64,000 bases of DNA from Planctomycetota bacterium (GTDB lineage: Bacteria; Planctomycetota; UBA8108; SXIK01), in the NCBI GenBank assembly GCA_965223845.1, contig CBDCXR010000004.1, positions 2,080,001 to 2,144,000 of the forward strand, written 5' to 3'. A program made the translations under genes and the position numbers. Position 1 is the stretch's first letter; each line of letters opens with the position of its first letter. The notes beneath the pieces are model-generated. The model saw only the letters and a program-made list of their open reading frames with translations. It did no database searches and was not told where the DNA came from. This document shows, piece after piece, positions 1-9,059 of this stretch.

Positions 1-848
1 TCGTCGAGAAGCGCAAGCTGAAGTGGGAGATCACGATCGGCCAGGCGTTTCCGAAGCTCCGAAAGAGCATGCAGCCTGAGTACCTCGAAGTGACGCTCGC
101 ACAGCTCCTCGCCCATCGCGGCGGCATCACCGGAGATTTGGTGAACGAGCACCCCGCATTGTGGAGAAAGCTCCGCCTGCTCTCCGGCTCACCCCGCAGC
201 GCTCGCAGCCTCCTCGTCAAGGAACTACTGAAGACGCCTCCGGTGGCGGAGCCGGGAACGAAGTTCATCTACTCGAACGCTGGTTACTCGATCGCCGGCG
301 CCGTGGTGGAGCAGGTCCTGAGGAAGTCGTGGGAAGAGCTGATGGCCCGGGAGCTGTTCCGTCCGCTCGGAATGCGCAGTGCAGGATTCGGCGCGCCGAA
401 GAATAAACAGCCTTGGGGTCATGCAGAGCCGTCGAAAGGCGGCGATCCCGTCGCCCCCGGACCGCTCGCAGACAACCCTGTCGCCCTGGCTCCCGCGGGC
501 ACGATCCATTGTTCCTTGGAGGATTGGGGCCGCTTCGTCGCTCTACACGTTCGCGGTATCGAGGGAAAGAAGCAGCGATTCCTGTCGGAGGAGTCGCTCG
601 AGAAGCTGCAGACGCCTCAAGGCGAATCGAAGTACGCACTCGGCTGGGTGACCGCAGAGCGCGAATGGGCCGGCGGGCGTGTCCTCTCTCACTCGGGCAG
701 CAACACCATGTGGTTCGCGGTCGTTCGCGCCGCGCCGAAGCGGAAGTTCGCGATCCTGGTGACCGCGAATCAGGGCGGCCAGTCCGAGGCGTGCGACAAA
801 GCAGTCGAGGCACTGCTCGAGTATTATCGCGAACGGGAGCGCAGCTGA
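1..848 (+). CDS. Serine hydrolase, beta-lactamase class C family (5'-truncated)
   Basis: Frame is open from the window start (VEKRKLKWEITIG...). Motifs LLAHRGG, F-x-YSNAGY, PAGTIHCS and HSGSN are typical of the AmpC-like family. SxxK lies upstream of the window. Confidence 0.85.
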   Translation, partial: VEKRKLKWEITIGQAFPKLRKSMQPEYLEVTLAQLLAHRGGITGDLVNEHPALWRKLRLLSGSPRSARSLLVKELLKTPPVAEPGTKFIYSNAGYSIAGAVVEQVLRKSWEELMARELFRPLGMRSAGFGAPKNKQPWGHAEPSKGGDPVAPGPLADNPVALAPAGTIHCSLEDWGRFVALHVRGIEGKKQRFLSEESLEKLQTPQGESKYALGWVTAEREWAGGRVLSHSGSNTMWFAVVRAAPKRKFAILVTANQGGQSEACDKAVEALLEYYRERERS

Positions 849-986
849 TCTCCGAACGCGCGTCGGGTTGGATCGAAACCGAACTTTCGTTTGATGGCGA
901 GTTCGCGCTGGCCCCGAGCCCGGAGCCAAGCGCGACGTCCCCGCGAGACCGCGATTGCGCGGAAAGAGCCTGAGGGGACTAGCGCC

Positions 987-2048
987 TCAGCGTCCCTTCG
1001 TACGGGAGAAAAGGCGCCGCAAGTCGCCAAGCTCCGGCAACGCGAGCTGGCGATCGCGTGGGAGCCCGAGGCACCGCCCGGCGAGCCGCATCCACCCTCG
1101 GGGTCGTGGCAGCTCCCAGAGGGCGAGTCGACGATCACGGAGGATGCGGTCGAGTGTCCACGGTCGACCTTCGAACTCGCGCCCGAGGTCGAGCCCGCGA
1201 GGCGCCCACGCACTCTCTCGAGCGAGAAAGTCTGCGAGGCGCTGCAGATCTTCGGCCGCAGTCTCCGAGAGGGCGGAGACACGTTCGAGATCGATGTCCT
1301 CGCGACGCGCTTCGACGAGCAGCGCGAGATCGACAAACCAACCGAGGATGGGTCCCGTCGTATCCGCGTGCGAAGATGCGTGAACAAGGAGATGAACGAG
1401 AAGCGCGTTCGGCTCGAAGACGCGCACCCGGCGGGTGGCGAGTCGATCGGCCACGGCGACTTCGTAGAGTCGTTCCGCCGACTCAGATTCGAAGAGCCGA
1501 AACCGGTGGTGGACGTCGAACACGCCGCCGGCGGCGTCGGCGAACAGCGTCGCGTCCCGGCTGCGCTGAGCCACGGAGAACCCGAGCTCCACGAGCTCGG
1601 ACTCGGTCGCCTCACGCTCGTCCTCCTTAACGAGGAGATCGACGTCGCGCATGGTGCGCGCTCCCGGGTCGTCATAGACGAGGTGAACGAGCGCCGCGCC
1701 CTTGAGGAGCACGGGCGCGATACCACGGACGTAGAGCCGCTCGAGCACGGCGTCGAGTCGGGCGAATGCGAGTTCGTTCAATCGCCGAACTCGCTGGTAC
1801 GACCGAGACAGCGCAGAGCGAACATCGGGCGGAAGGATCTCGCCGGCCGCGCACTCCTTGAGCGTCGCCCACGCTCCCGCGACTAGGCGGTGCTCCGAGA
1901 GAAGCTGCACCCAACTCGACCACGCCGCCGCGTCGGCGCTCGCTCCGGCGTCGGCCCAACGCGTTTCGTCTGGAGAGCGGCGCTCGACGATTGCCGCGAG
2001 GACGAGTCGGAGGAGATCCTCCGCGGACTCACGCGTCGCGCGCGACAT
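987..2048 (-). CDS. Nucleotidyltransferase family protein (NTP_transf_5-like)
   Basis: VLLKGAAL..LVY...RTMRDVDLLV signature, DVHHR and 'LVHLLVHASSH' helix. Start overlaps the end of the upstream S26-PqqD gene. Confidence 0.8.
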   Translation of the reverse strand: MSRATRESAEDLLRLVLAAIVERRSPDETRWADAGASADAAAWSSWVQLLSEHRLVAGAWATLKECAAGEILPPDVRSALSRSYQRVRRLNELAFARLDAVLERLYVRGIAPVLLKGAALVHLVYDDPGARTMRDVDLLVKEDEREATESELVELGFSVAQRSRDATLFADAAGGVFDVHHRFRLFESESAERLYEVAVADRLATRRVRVFEPNALLVHLLVHASSHADTTGPILGWFVDLALLVEARREDIDLERVSALSETAAEDLQRLADFLARESAWAPRGLDLGREFEGRPWTLDRILRDRRLALWELPRPRGWMRLAGRCLGLPRDRQLALPELGDLRRLFSRTKGR

Positions 2049-2775
2049 CGACGTCGTCCGTCACCGCGTCGACGTAACCGAGATCGTAAAGCGTCCCCGC
2101 GATCGACAGCACGTCTCCTGCCACGTCGCGCTGATGCTCGCGGCCGAGCTGGTCACTGATCGCCCGGAGCGATCGCTTCGCATCGAAGAGAAGGAACACG
2201 GCTCGTGCGCTTTGATTGAGGACGCGCACCTCGGACGATCCCTCCCTGAGGAGCAGCAGCTCGACGTCCAGATCGCGGACAGTCACGCCGGAATTCGGCC
2301 TCAGCACGGAGTCAAAATCGAGCTCGGACACACACAACTCCCCAGGTTCAAATCCGGTCGCCGCCGGTGTTCCGAACCGCGGAACCCAGCGCCGGACCTT
2401 CCGCAAGAATCGTGTCCAAAGCGCGTCGATGACGGGAACGAGCTCCGCGCGACCGAACACGACGTCGGTGCTCGTCCACTCGTCGTCGAACGAGTTGCCA
2501 TCGCCGCGCGTAAGGCACTCCGGTCCCGAGTCCGTTTCCCGCAGCGCCTTTACTCGATGGACGACCACCGCGCGGCCGTTCCACAGCGTGACGATTTCGC
2601 CGACGATCGGGGGCGCGACGGAGCCGCGAACGAGGACCACTCCGCCAGCGGGGATCGTTGGCTCCATGCTTCGACCGCGGGTGCGGACCCGCGCGCGACC
2701 GCCGTAACTGCGGAAGCGAGAGAGGTTCGCGGGAAGATGGACCGGAGACTTCCTGACTACGCGCGCGGCTGACAT
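2029..2775 (-). CDS. S24/S26 peptidase fused to a C-terminal PqqD-like RiPP recognition element
   Basis: N-half GRSMEPTI...VVVHRV...LTRGDGN matches the S26 Ser/His-type motifs. C-half VLNQSARAVFLLFDAKRSLRAISDQL...DVLSIAGTLYDLGYV matches the PqqD/RRE pattern. Confidence 0.75.
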   Translation of the reverse strand: MSAARVVRKSPVHLPANLSRFRSYGGRARVRTRGRSMEPTIPAGGVVLVRGSVAPPIVGEIVTLWNGRAVVVHRVKALRETDSGPECLTRGDGNSFDDEWTSTDVVFGRAELVPVIDALWTRFLRKVRRWVPRFGTPAATGFEPGELCVSELDFDSVLRPNSGVTVRDLDVELLLLREGSSEVRVLNQSARAVFLLFDAKRSLRAISDQLGREHQRDVAGDVLSIAGTLYDLGYVDAVTDDVDVARDA

Positions 2776-3246
2776 CGCTAGTCTCGCAGAGGCGACGGTA
2801 CCGGATCAGTCCTCCGGTCCACTCGGGGCGCGAAGTCGAACGCCCCGGGCGCGGGATGGAACCCGCGCGTCGCGCAGCGACGGCGGGAACAACTGCCGAT
2901 GGAAACCGATCGCCTCCCGGAGGAATTCCTTTCCGGGAAGCGATCGCATACTGCCTCTAGGGATCTAATCTCTAGAGTTGCCCCGAGCTCAGAAGCTGAA
3001 GCAGCCGAACTCGACGCCTTCGAGAATCTCGCGCGCGTCGACGGTGTCGACGGACGGAGCTTCCCAATCGAAACGAGGTTCGATGCGTTCCACTCTTGCC
3101 TCCATGGAAAACGGACGAGTAAAAGGATCCCCTTACGACAGGTGCAATTGTCCGAGATGCCGGCTCCACTTGTCAACGAAGCGAGGCTCGAGACCACGTG
3201 TCGGGTCGTTCGGTTCGCCTCGTGTTCGGTAACAGGAGATCGACGC

Positions 3247-4236
3247 TTGTCCACAGTTCGTTCCGCTGCGATTCCGGTCTTCGACGAGATCGTCCGGGTC
3301 GAGCTCGATGCGCCGGGCCTGGCGGCGACGTTGAGGCGAATCTACCCGAGAGCGACGGACGGGCGCGAGACCGACGTCCCGGTCATCGTGGCGCGCGTCG
3401 ACCGGGGAAACGCGGCATCGACCGAACGGCCGAACGGCCAAGGCTCCGGTAATCGATCGGGCGAATTCCGTGCCGAATTTCGGTTCGACCCCCCGGCGCC
3501 TCTGCGTGAGCTCTTCCCGCCGGAACTCGACGCTCGATTCGAGTGGGCCGACGGCCTCTGCGTGGACCGTAGCGCGGGAGTTCGCTTTCAGGAAACCGAA
3601 TGTGCGGTGATCGCCGAGGGACGCCCAGAGACCGCAACAGAAGTTCTCCTCTTTCACTACGCGCTCGCGCGACTTCGACGCCGCCGGCCGGAGACCGTCG
3701 TACTTCACGGGGCGGCGGTCGTCCACCCGCACGGTGGTGCGGTCATCCTCGTCGCGCCCTCGGGCGCGGGCAAATCGACGCTCACGACGGCGCTCTGCCG
3801 ACACGGTTGGGGCTTCTTTTCCGACGAGATCGTCGCGCTTCACGACGGCGTAGTTTTCGCCTATCCGCGGGCGATCGGTCTCCGCGACGGTGCGGAGTCA
3901 CTTCGCTCGTTCGAGCACGTTAGCGCCCGCGGTGAAACAAAGCACCTCGTCGATCCGCTCGACCTCGGCGCGACCGAAGCAGGAGCGTTCGCGCCACTTG
4001 CCGCCACTTTTCTGCTCGAATCGTTCGGGGAATCCGTCGAGCTGCAGCCGACCTCGCCGACTCTCCTCGCGTCGCGCATACTTCCTCACTGCTACACCGG
4101 GAGATCCGATCCCGCCGCACACCTCGTTCGGCTCGCTTCCACGATTCGCTCGAGTCGCGGAGCGATTCTCCGGCCCGGATCACCCGATGACACCGCGTCT
4201 CGCGTGAATGAGTGGATCGAGACAGTCGGGACATGA
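3247..4236 (+). CDS. HPr kinase-related P-loop kinase
   Basis: LHGAAV...VILVAPSGAGKSTL...GWGFFSDE signature of HprK-related kinases. Start placed at TTG 3247 behind AGGAG (3234-3238), inside track ORF 2899..4236. Confidence 0.75.
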   Translation: MSTVRSAAIPVFDEIVRVELDAPGLAATLRRIYPRATDGRETDVPVIVARVDRGNAASTERPNGQGSGNRSGEFRAEFRFDPPAPLRELFPPELDARFEWADGLCVDRSAGVRFQETECAVIAEGRPETATEVLLFHYALARLRRRRPETVVLHGAAVVHPHGGAVILVAPSGAGKSTLTTALCRHGWGFFSDEIVALHDGVVFAYPRAIGLRDGAESLRSFEHVSARGETKHLVDPLDLGATEAGAFAPLAATFLLESFGESVELQPTSPTLLASRILPHCYTGRSDPAAHLVRLASTIRSSRGAILRPGSPDDTASRVNEWIETVGT

Positions 4237-4320
4237 TCGTGATCGGTTTCCGCCCCAAACATCGCTCTTACCTCGTGTGCTCGCGCGGCAACGGCGACTG
4301 CGGTTCGCAAGAACGTCTTA

Positions 4321-4350
4321 TTGACCCTGTAGGCTCTATTCGCTTAGCGT
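4321..4350 (+). promoter_or_regulatory. Candidate sigma70-type promoter TTGACC-N18-TAGCGT
   Basis: Near-consensus hexamers in an AT-richer patch of the intergenic region upstream of 4805. Confidence 0.3.
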
Positions 4351-4723
4351 GAGTGCCGAGGGCGAACAGACCACGGGTCGATTCGCTCGAGAAACAAGCC
4401 AAGGGTAGTCGCTCCGACCGCGGAGCGTTGGTTTGAAAGGGCATACGGTGGCAGTGTTTCGAGGGCAGCATTCTCGATCCCATCGCCTGGCGATGCATGG
4501 AGGGAGATCCGTGCCGACACGGACCGGTCCTCTGTGCGCTCGGCGTGCGGTCGAAGGTCGGCTGCTCCCCGCACCGCCGCGTGGCCGCGATTGGGTCGCC
4601 CCGAGGGGTTGAGGGCCCGGGGCGCACTTTCGGCGGAAGCCTCGCCGCCGAGAGTCGGAGAGGTAGAAAAGCGACCGTACGAGGACGCGCGTCGCAAGGG
4701 AGATACCGAGAAGGGGGTACTGC

Positions 4724-4749
4724 GGAACCTAAACCGAATGTTCGAAGTT
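4724..4749 (+). promoter_or_regulatory. Candidate ECF-sigma promoter GGAAC-N18-GTT
   Basis: GGAAC at 4724-4728 and GTT at 4747-4749, 55 nt before ATG 4805. Matches a common ECF consensus. Confidence 0.3.
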
Positions 4750-4804
4750 GTGGGAGTCGCTGCTGGTTGCGACTCCGAATCCGGTTTCTTGGGAGCCTTT
4801 CGAT

Positions 4805-6604
4805 ATGAGAATCAAACTCTTTGCCATCGCTGCGGTGCTCGCGTTCTCCGCGGCGGAGCTTCGGGCTCAAGGCTTCGTGCTGCTGACGGGCGACGACGCC
4901 GACGATTTCGGGCACTGCTCCGGAGTGGGCGGCTGCGGAGGCCTCTTCCCTAACGCCATCGCGGATGCCGTAGGGAACAGCGGCAACGGCGGCGCGCCGA
5001 CGGACATCATCGCCGTCGGAGTCAACAGCAGTTCCGCGCTGAACAACCTCAATGCCTGGTCGAACGGTGGCGCGGGGAGTGCGGCTTCGATCCTGGGTGC
5101 CGCGGTCACGATCACCCACGCCCGGACGGTAGCGGAGATCGCAGCGATCAACTTCGCGAACTACAAGCTGCTCTACGTTCCGTCGAACTCGATCAATACG
5201 GGCGGCGGTATCAACAATACGCAGCTCGCGGCGCTCAACGGGCGTGCAGCGGACATCGCGAACTTTGTGAACAACCTGAATGGCAGTTTGATCGCGCTCA
5301 CTGAAGCCGGATCCGTCGGTGCTTGGGGTTGGCTTCCGCTCCCGCTCACGACGGCGAACGCCTCGTTCACCGGCGCTGCGGTTACCGCGGACATGGCCGC
5401 GATCTCGCCGGGAACGACGAGCGCGAACTTGAGCCACTGCTGTTTCCACAACGTATTCACCGGCCCCCTCCTCGTTGACGGCACTTACGCTGGACTCCGC
5501 GTCCTCGCCACCGCGACGAACGCGCCCGGCAACCTGAACGGTCGCCCCGTCTACCTCGGAAGTCGCCAGACCATCATCCGGACGGAAGACTGTTCCGACG
5601 GCCGAGACAACGACAACGATGGTCTCATCGACAACGACGACCCGGACTGTCAGGTCTGCGGTGACGGTGACATCGACCCAGGCGAAGACTGCGACGACGG
5701 GAACAACGTCGACGGCGACGGTTGCGACCGCGATTGCAACAGCGAGGCGCCGTCCGACTCGGATCCGCCGACCTGCGCGATCACGGGTTTCTCGGCCGGA
5801 CCGCCGACCCAGGTCCAGGCCACCGTCCAGGACACCGGAAGCGGAATCGACACCATCCAGGTACTCGTTCTCGAGAACGCGGTCGCCTCGTGGACCCAGA
5901 GTCCCGCGCAGACGACGCCGATCGTCATCACAGCGACGAAGATCGATCAGTCGAAGCGGGCTCGCATCCTCTTCCGCGTGACCGACGTCGCGGGCAACTT
6001 CGTAGACTGTGATCCGTACATCGTCAACCTCGACGTCCCGGCGGGCGAAACCTATGAGGAAGTCCTCGACGACGTCCCCGACTTCGAGGGTTGGATCACG
6101 ATCTACAACAAGGTCCCCGGTTTCCAAAGCCTCGAGTTCGACGTGAACGGGGATGTCTACAACATCGACGGACTCGCCTCCTACGAGACGCACTCGTTCC
6201 AGGTTTTCGACTCCCTGTATCCGGGGAACGAGAACGTGATCAAAATCCGCAGCGCGGACGGTCTCGGCGGAGTCGGCACGGTGTTCATCGCCGAGACGCC
6301 GGGAGCCTTACCGAGTGACTCGCTCGGGCTCTTCGAGCGCGGCGACACGAACGTCGACGGGACGATGGATCTCTCGGATCCGGTCTCGACGCTGAACTAT
6401 CTCTTCAGCGGCACGGCGACCCTCCTCTGCGAGGACGCGGCGGACGCGAACGACGATGGCTTCGTCGATCTCTCCGACGCGATCCACTCGCTCAACTTCC
6501 TCTACACCGGTGTGACGGACACGCTGCCGCAGCCCTACGGTGCATGCGGCGTCGACGGAACGTCGGACACGCTCACCTGCAGCTCGTATCCCGAGTGCCT
6601 GTGA
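4805..6604 (+). CDS. Secreted surface protein: signal peptide, Asn/Gly/Ala-rich N-domain, Cys-rich DUF4215-like repeat, Ig-like region, C-terminal dockerin-like domain
   Basis: Signal MRIKLFAIAAVLAFSAAELRA; EDCSDGRDNDNDGLID; VCGDGDIDPGEDCDDGNNVDGDGCDRDC; FERGDTNVDGTMDLSD...CEDAADANDDGFVDLSD. Confidence 0.8.
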   Translation: MRIKLFAIAAVLAFSAAELRAQGFVLLTGDDADDFGHCSGVGGCGGLFPNAIADAVGNSGNGGAPTDIIAVGVNSSSALNNLNAWSNGGAGSAASILGAAVTITHARTVAEIAAINFANYKLLYVPSNSINTGGGINNTQLAALNGRAADIANFVNNLNGSLIALTEAGSVGAWGWLPLPLTTANASFTGAAVTADMAAISPGTTSANLSHCCFHNVFTGPLLVDGTYAGLRVLATATNAPGNLNGRPVYLGSRQTIIRTEDCSDGRDNDNDGLIDNDDPDCQVCGDGDIDPGEDCDDGNNVDGDGCDRDCNSEAPSDSDPPTCAITGFSAGPPTQVQATVQDTGSGIDTIQVLVLENAVASWTQSPAQTTPIVITATKIDQSKRARILFRVTDVAGNFVDCDPYIVNLDVPAGETYEEVLDDVPDFEGWITIYNKVPGFQSLEFDVNGDVYNIDGLASYETHSFQVFDSLYPGNENVIKIRSADGLGGVGTVFIAETPGALPSDSLGLFERGDTNVDGTMDLSDPVSTLNYLFSGTATLLCEDAADANDDGFVDLSDAIHSLNFLYTGVTDTLPQPYGACGVDGTSDTLTCSSYPECL

Positions 6605-6639
6605 GCTAGAACCTCGGGCTAAGCGCCTGAGTTCTCCCA

Positions 6640-6680
6640 AAAGGCCGGAGCTTCCTCTCACCGAGGAGGCTCCGGCCTTT
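6640..6680. terminator. Probable bidirectional intrinsic terminator between convergent genes
   Basis: AAAGGCCGGAGCTTCCTC-TCACC-GAGGAGGCTCCGGCCTTT stem-loop with A-tract on the left and T-tract on the right. Confidence 0.75.
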
Positions 6681-6727
6681 CTCGTGACGGTTAGACCGCG
6701 CCCACTCCTCTCTCACCACTCCTCTCT

Positions 6728-6752
6728 CTCTTCCCTTCGTGCCCTTCGTGGT
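6728..6752. repeat. Short dispersed repeat (CTTCGTG units, 9-bp period), related copies at 49328-49361 and 49426-49453
   Basis: CTCTTCCCTTCGTGCCCTTCGTGGT shares both ends with CTCTTCCCTTCGTGTCCGTCGTGCCCTTCGTGGT. Confidence 0.55.
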
Positions 6753-6767
6753 GAAACCTTCTTCCGT

Positions 6768-7631
6768 CTACCGCCGCGAACCCCGGTAGTACCAATACAG
6801 CAAGTGAACCATCCCGTACGACAGAATGTGCCAAAGCGCGTGCCCCTGAAACGCCGCCTCCGGATCGCACCACGGCCCGCCGGTCTTCGAGAGCTCCCGT
6901 GAAATCATCGCGAAGATGAAGAGCGCGAGCCCGAGCCAGAAGGCGACGACGCCCCACACCGTCGAGCCCGTCGTATCCGTTCGCGCCGCGGCGGACGAGC
7001 TCGAGAAGAGCTTGGCCACCGGAGTTCTGAGCATGAAGTAGAGCTCGATCGCACCGCCGGTTCCGGCCCCGATCGGGACGAGGATCTCGCTGTTCACGCC
7101 GAGCGAGTGGAGGGTCGCGAAGAGCGCGGTGAACGTAGGATAGGCAAAGCCGAAGACCCACGGCGACGCAGCATTGTTGATCAGTCTCGCGACGCCGTAA
7201 CACATGACGAAGGACGAGAGGAGGTACATCGACAGGCCGTCGATGTTTCCGCCCCACGCCGTCATGGACGCGTGGTAGAACATGCTCCCCGGTCCCATGA
7301 AGGTGAGGATGAGACAGAGGACCAGCGGATAGACGGTGTCGCTCTTCATCCGCCCGGGGCCGTTCAGGCGACCGCACCTCCGATCGAGGCCGATCGCGAG
7401 CGCCATGCCGGCCGCGAGGATGAGCGACGACAGATTCGACCAGGTATTCGACGGCTGGAGGACACCCGGTTCGCCGATATCGTTCGGATCGAACCTCTCG
7501 CAGTAACAATCGTCGAGATCGACGCAGTCGTTCGCCTCTCCCGGCCACCCGAAGATGACGAAGCCCATGAACACGGTCATGGCGACGCCCCCGAAGATGA
7601 GGCTGATCCACAGCTCCCGAAAGTTCCCCAT
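6768..7631 (-). CDS. Ceramidase-like (CREST superfamily) multi-TM hydrolase
   Basis: CYCE, QPSNTWSNL, GSMFYHAS (SxxxH), conserved Asp in NIDG, and GHALWH (HxxxH) with about 7-8 hydrophobic helices. AGGAGG RBS. Confidence 0.7.
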   Translation of the reverse strand: MGNFRELWISLIFGGVAMTVFMGFVIFGWPGEANDCVDLDDCYCERFDPNDIGEPGVLQPSNTWSNLSSLILAAGMALAIGLDRRCGRLNGPGRMKSDTVYPLVLCLILTFMGPGSMFYHASMTAWGGNIDGLSMYLLSSFVMCYGVARLINNAASPWVFGFAYPTFTALFATLHSLGVNSEILVPIGAGTGGAIELYFMLRTPVAKLFSSSSAAARTDTTGSTVWGVVAFWLGLALFIFAMISRELSKTGGPWCDPEAAFQGHALWHILSYGMVHLLYWYYRGSRR

Positions 7632-7743
7632 CGTTATGCCTCCTGAGTTCGTGCGAAGCCGGACAGCTTGGCGTCAGCGCGTTCGCGTCCGCTCACTTTC
7701 GTTCACTCGGTCTGTTCACCTGGCCCCGGATCGACCCGAATCG

Positions 7744-8562
7744 TCACCCCGCAACGACCGCGATGATCCCCTTCACGACGGCGATGATCGCGCCGATGAG
7801 AAGAATGATTGCCCAGATGAGGGCGAGGATTCCGACGATGATCGCTCCGAGCGCGTCCGTGATGCTCACGAGAAAGATCGGCACGAATCCGTGCAGAAAG
7901 CTGAGGAGAATCACGCCGAGAAACCCGGTCAGAATCAGGAGCACGAGCGTCGGGATGCGGAGATTCCTCTGGTGTGCGAGCACGAGAAAGATCACGAAGG
8001 CGATTCGGAGGATCATGCTCGCCGTGAGGGTCGCGGTCGCTCCTCCGCGATCGAAGAAGCCGTAGATGCAGAAGTACGCGATCGTTCCGAACGGCGCGGA
8101 GAGGAAGAGCCCGACCATGAGTAGGAGGAGCGCCAGCACGGCGAAGATGAGGACGATCGATCCGATCAGGATCCCGAGCGACACGAGCAGCGTGACGATG
8201 CCCTGAACCAGCGGGATCACGGCCCGCGAGCGAGCGTCGGCGCGAAGCGTGAGCTTCGACGTGATCTGAGACACCGCCTGGACGATGAGCAGATAGAGAA
8301 GCAGCCCATCGATGAGCGCAAGGGACGGAATTCCGAACCCCGGTGGCTCCTCGCCCTCGGCAAGCTTGTTGGCGTCGGCCTTCACTTCCTCCGGATCGTC
8401 GACGTCGTGCTCGCGGAGCTGCTCGTCGATCAGCCCTCCGATCCCCGCGCCCTCAACGAGACCGCCGCCGAGCCAGATCGGCGCACCGAGGTCGACGAAG
8501 AGGACGAACACCGCGAGAATGATCGCCACGATGAAAAACGGCGTTCTCTGTCCAGCGAACAT
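7744..8562 (-). CDS. CIS-associated polytopic membrane protein (272 aa)
   Basis: Several long hydrophobic helices with PPGFGIP and PFGTIAY motifs. ATG 8562 lies 11 nt after the upstream stop. Confidence 0.7.
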   Translation of the reverse strand: MFAGQRTPFFIVAIILAVFVLFVDLGAPIWLGGGLVEGAGIGGLIDEQLREHDVDDPEEVKADANKLAEGEEPPGFGIPSLALIDGLLLYLLIVQAVSQITSKLTLRADARSRAVIPLVQGIVTLLVSLGILIGSIVLIFAVLALLLLMVGLFLSAPFGTIAYFCIYGFFDRGGATATLTASMILRIAFVIFLVLAHQRNLRIPTLVLLILTGFLGVILLSFLHGFVPIFLVSITDALGAIIVGILALIWAIILLIGAIIAVVKGIIAVVAG

Positions 8563-8573
8563 CGACGCGTCCT

Positions 8574-9059
8574 CTAGTCCTCGATCCCCATGGACAGTAC
8601 GCACTCCTTCGGGGAGCCGACCCCACGGAGGCACTCGAGCTCGAGGAAGCCACCCCGCTCGAGCGCCTGGAGCTCGAGCGGGGCGTCTCCGCCGCGAATC
8701 GTGTCGGTAAACGGCATCGCCCGGTCCCCTCGCCGCGGCCGGTAGTCGATCTTGAGCTCAGCGCCGTTCGGCACGGTCAGTTTCGCGATGCGCGTCTTCT
8801 CATCGCTAATGGCGATCGAAACACTCACCGAGCTTCCCTCGCGGACCGTGATCTTGCCGGCACGGAGTGCGCTCGCGGGACGGACGGTGAGCTCCTCTGC
8901 GGTGATCGCCGGCGAGAGAGCGCCGGCGAACCCACGGAGGGTCTCCTTCCACTCGTCGATGGAGCTCGAGTCCAGCTCGACGTCACCGGAATCTCCGCCG
9001 AAAACGCCGAACGCGAATACGATCGCGAGCACAATCAGGATGACGATGACGAGTTTCAC
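8574..9059 (-). CDS. CIS-associated small protein with N-terminal TM/signal anchor
   Basis: Hydrophobic N-terminus followed by a beta-rich domain. GTG overlaps the TAG of the upstream gene. Confidence 0.65.
   Translation of the reverse strand: MKLVIVILIVLAIVFAFGVFGGDSGDVELDSSSIDEWKETLRGFAGALSPAITAEELTVRPASALRAGKITVREGSSVSVSIAISDEKTRIAKLTVPNGAELKIDYRPRRGDRAMPFTDTIRGGDAPLELQALERGGFLELECLRGVGSPKECVLSMGIED

Noticed and set aside
2778-3254. Small ORFs between the peptidase-RRE and kinase genes as a RiPP precursor
   Set aside because: No lasso-type leader (YxxP, penultimate Thr) or convincing RBS; composition looks non-coding. A very short peptide cannot be excluded.
7665-7725. Repeated GTGA[AG]C hexamers upstream of the ceramidase-like gene as an operator array
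   Set aside because: Short, irregularly spaced and degenerate; not distinguishable from chance without comparative data.
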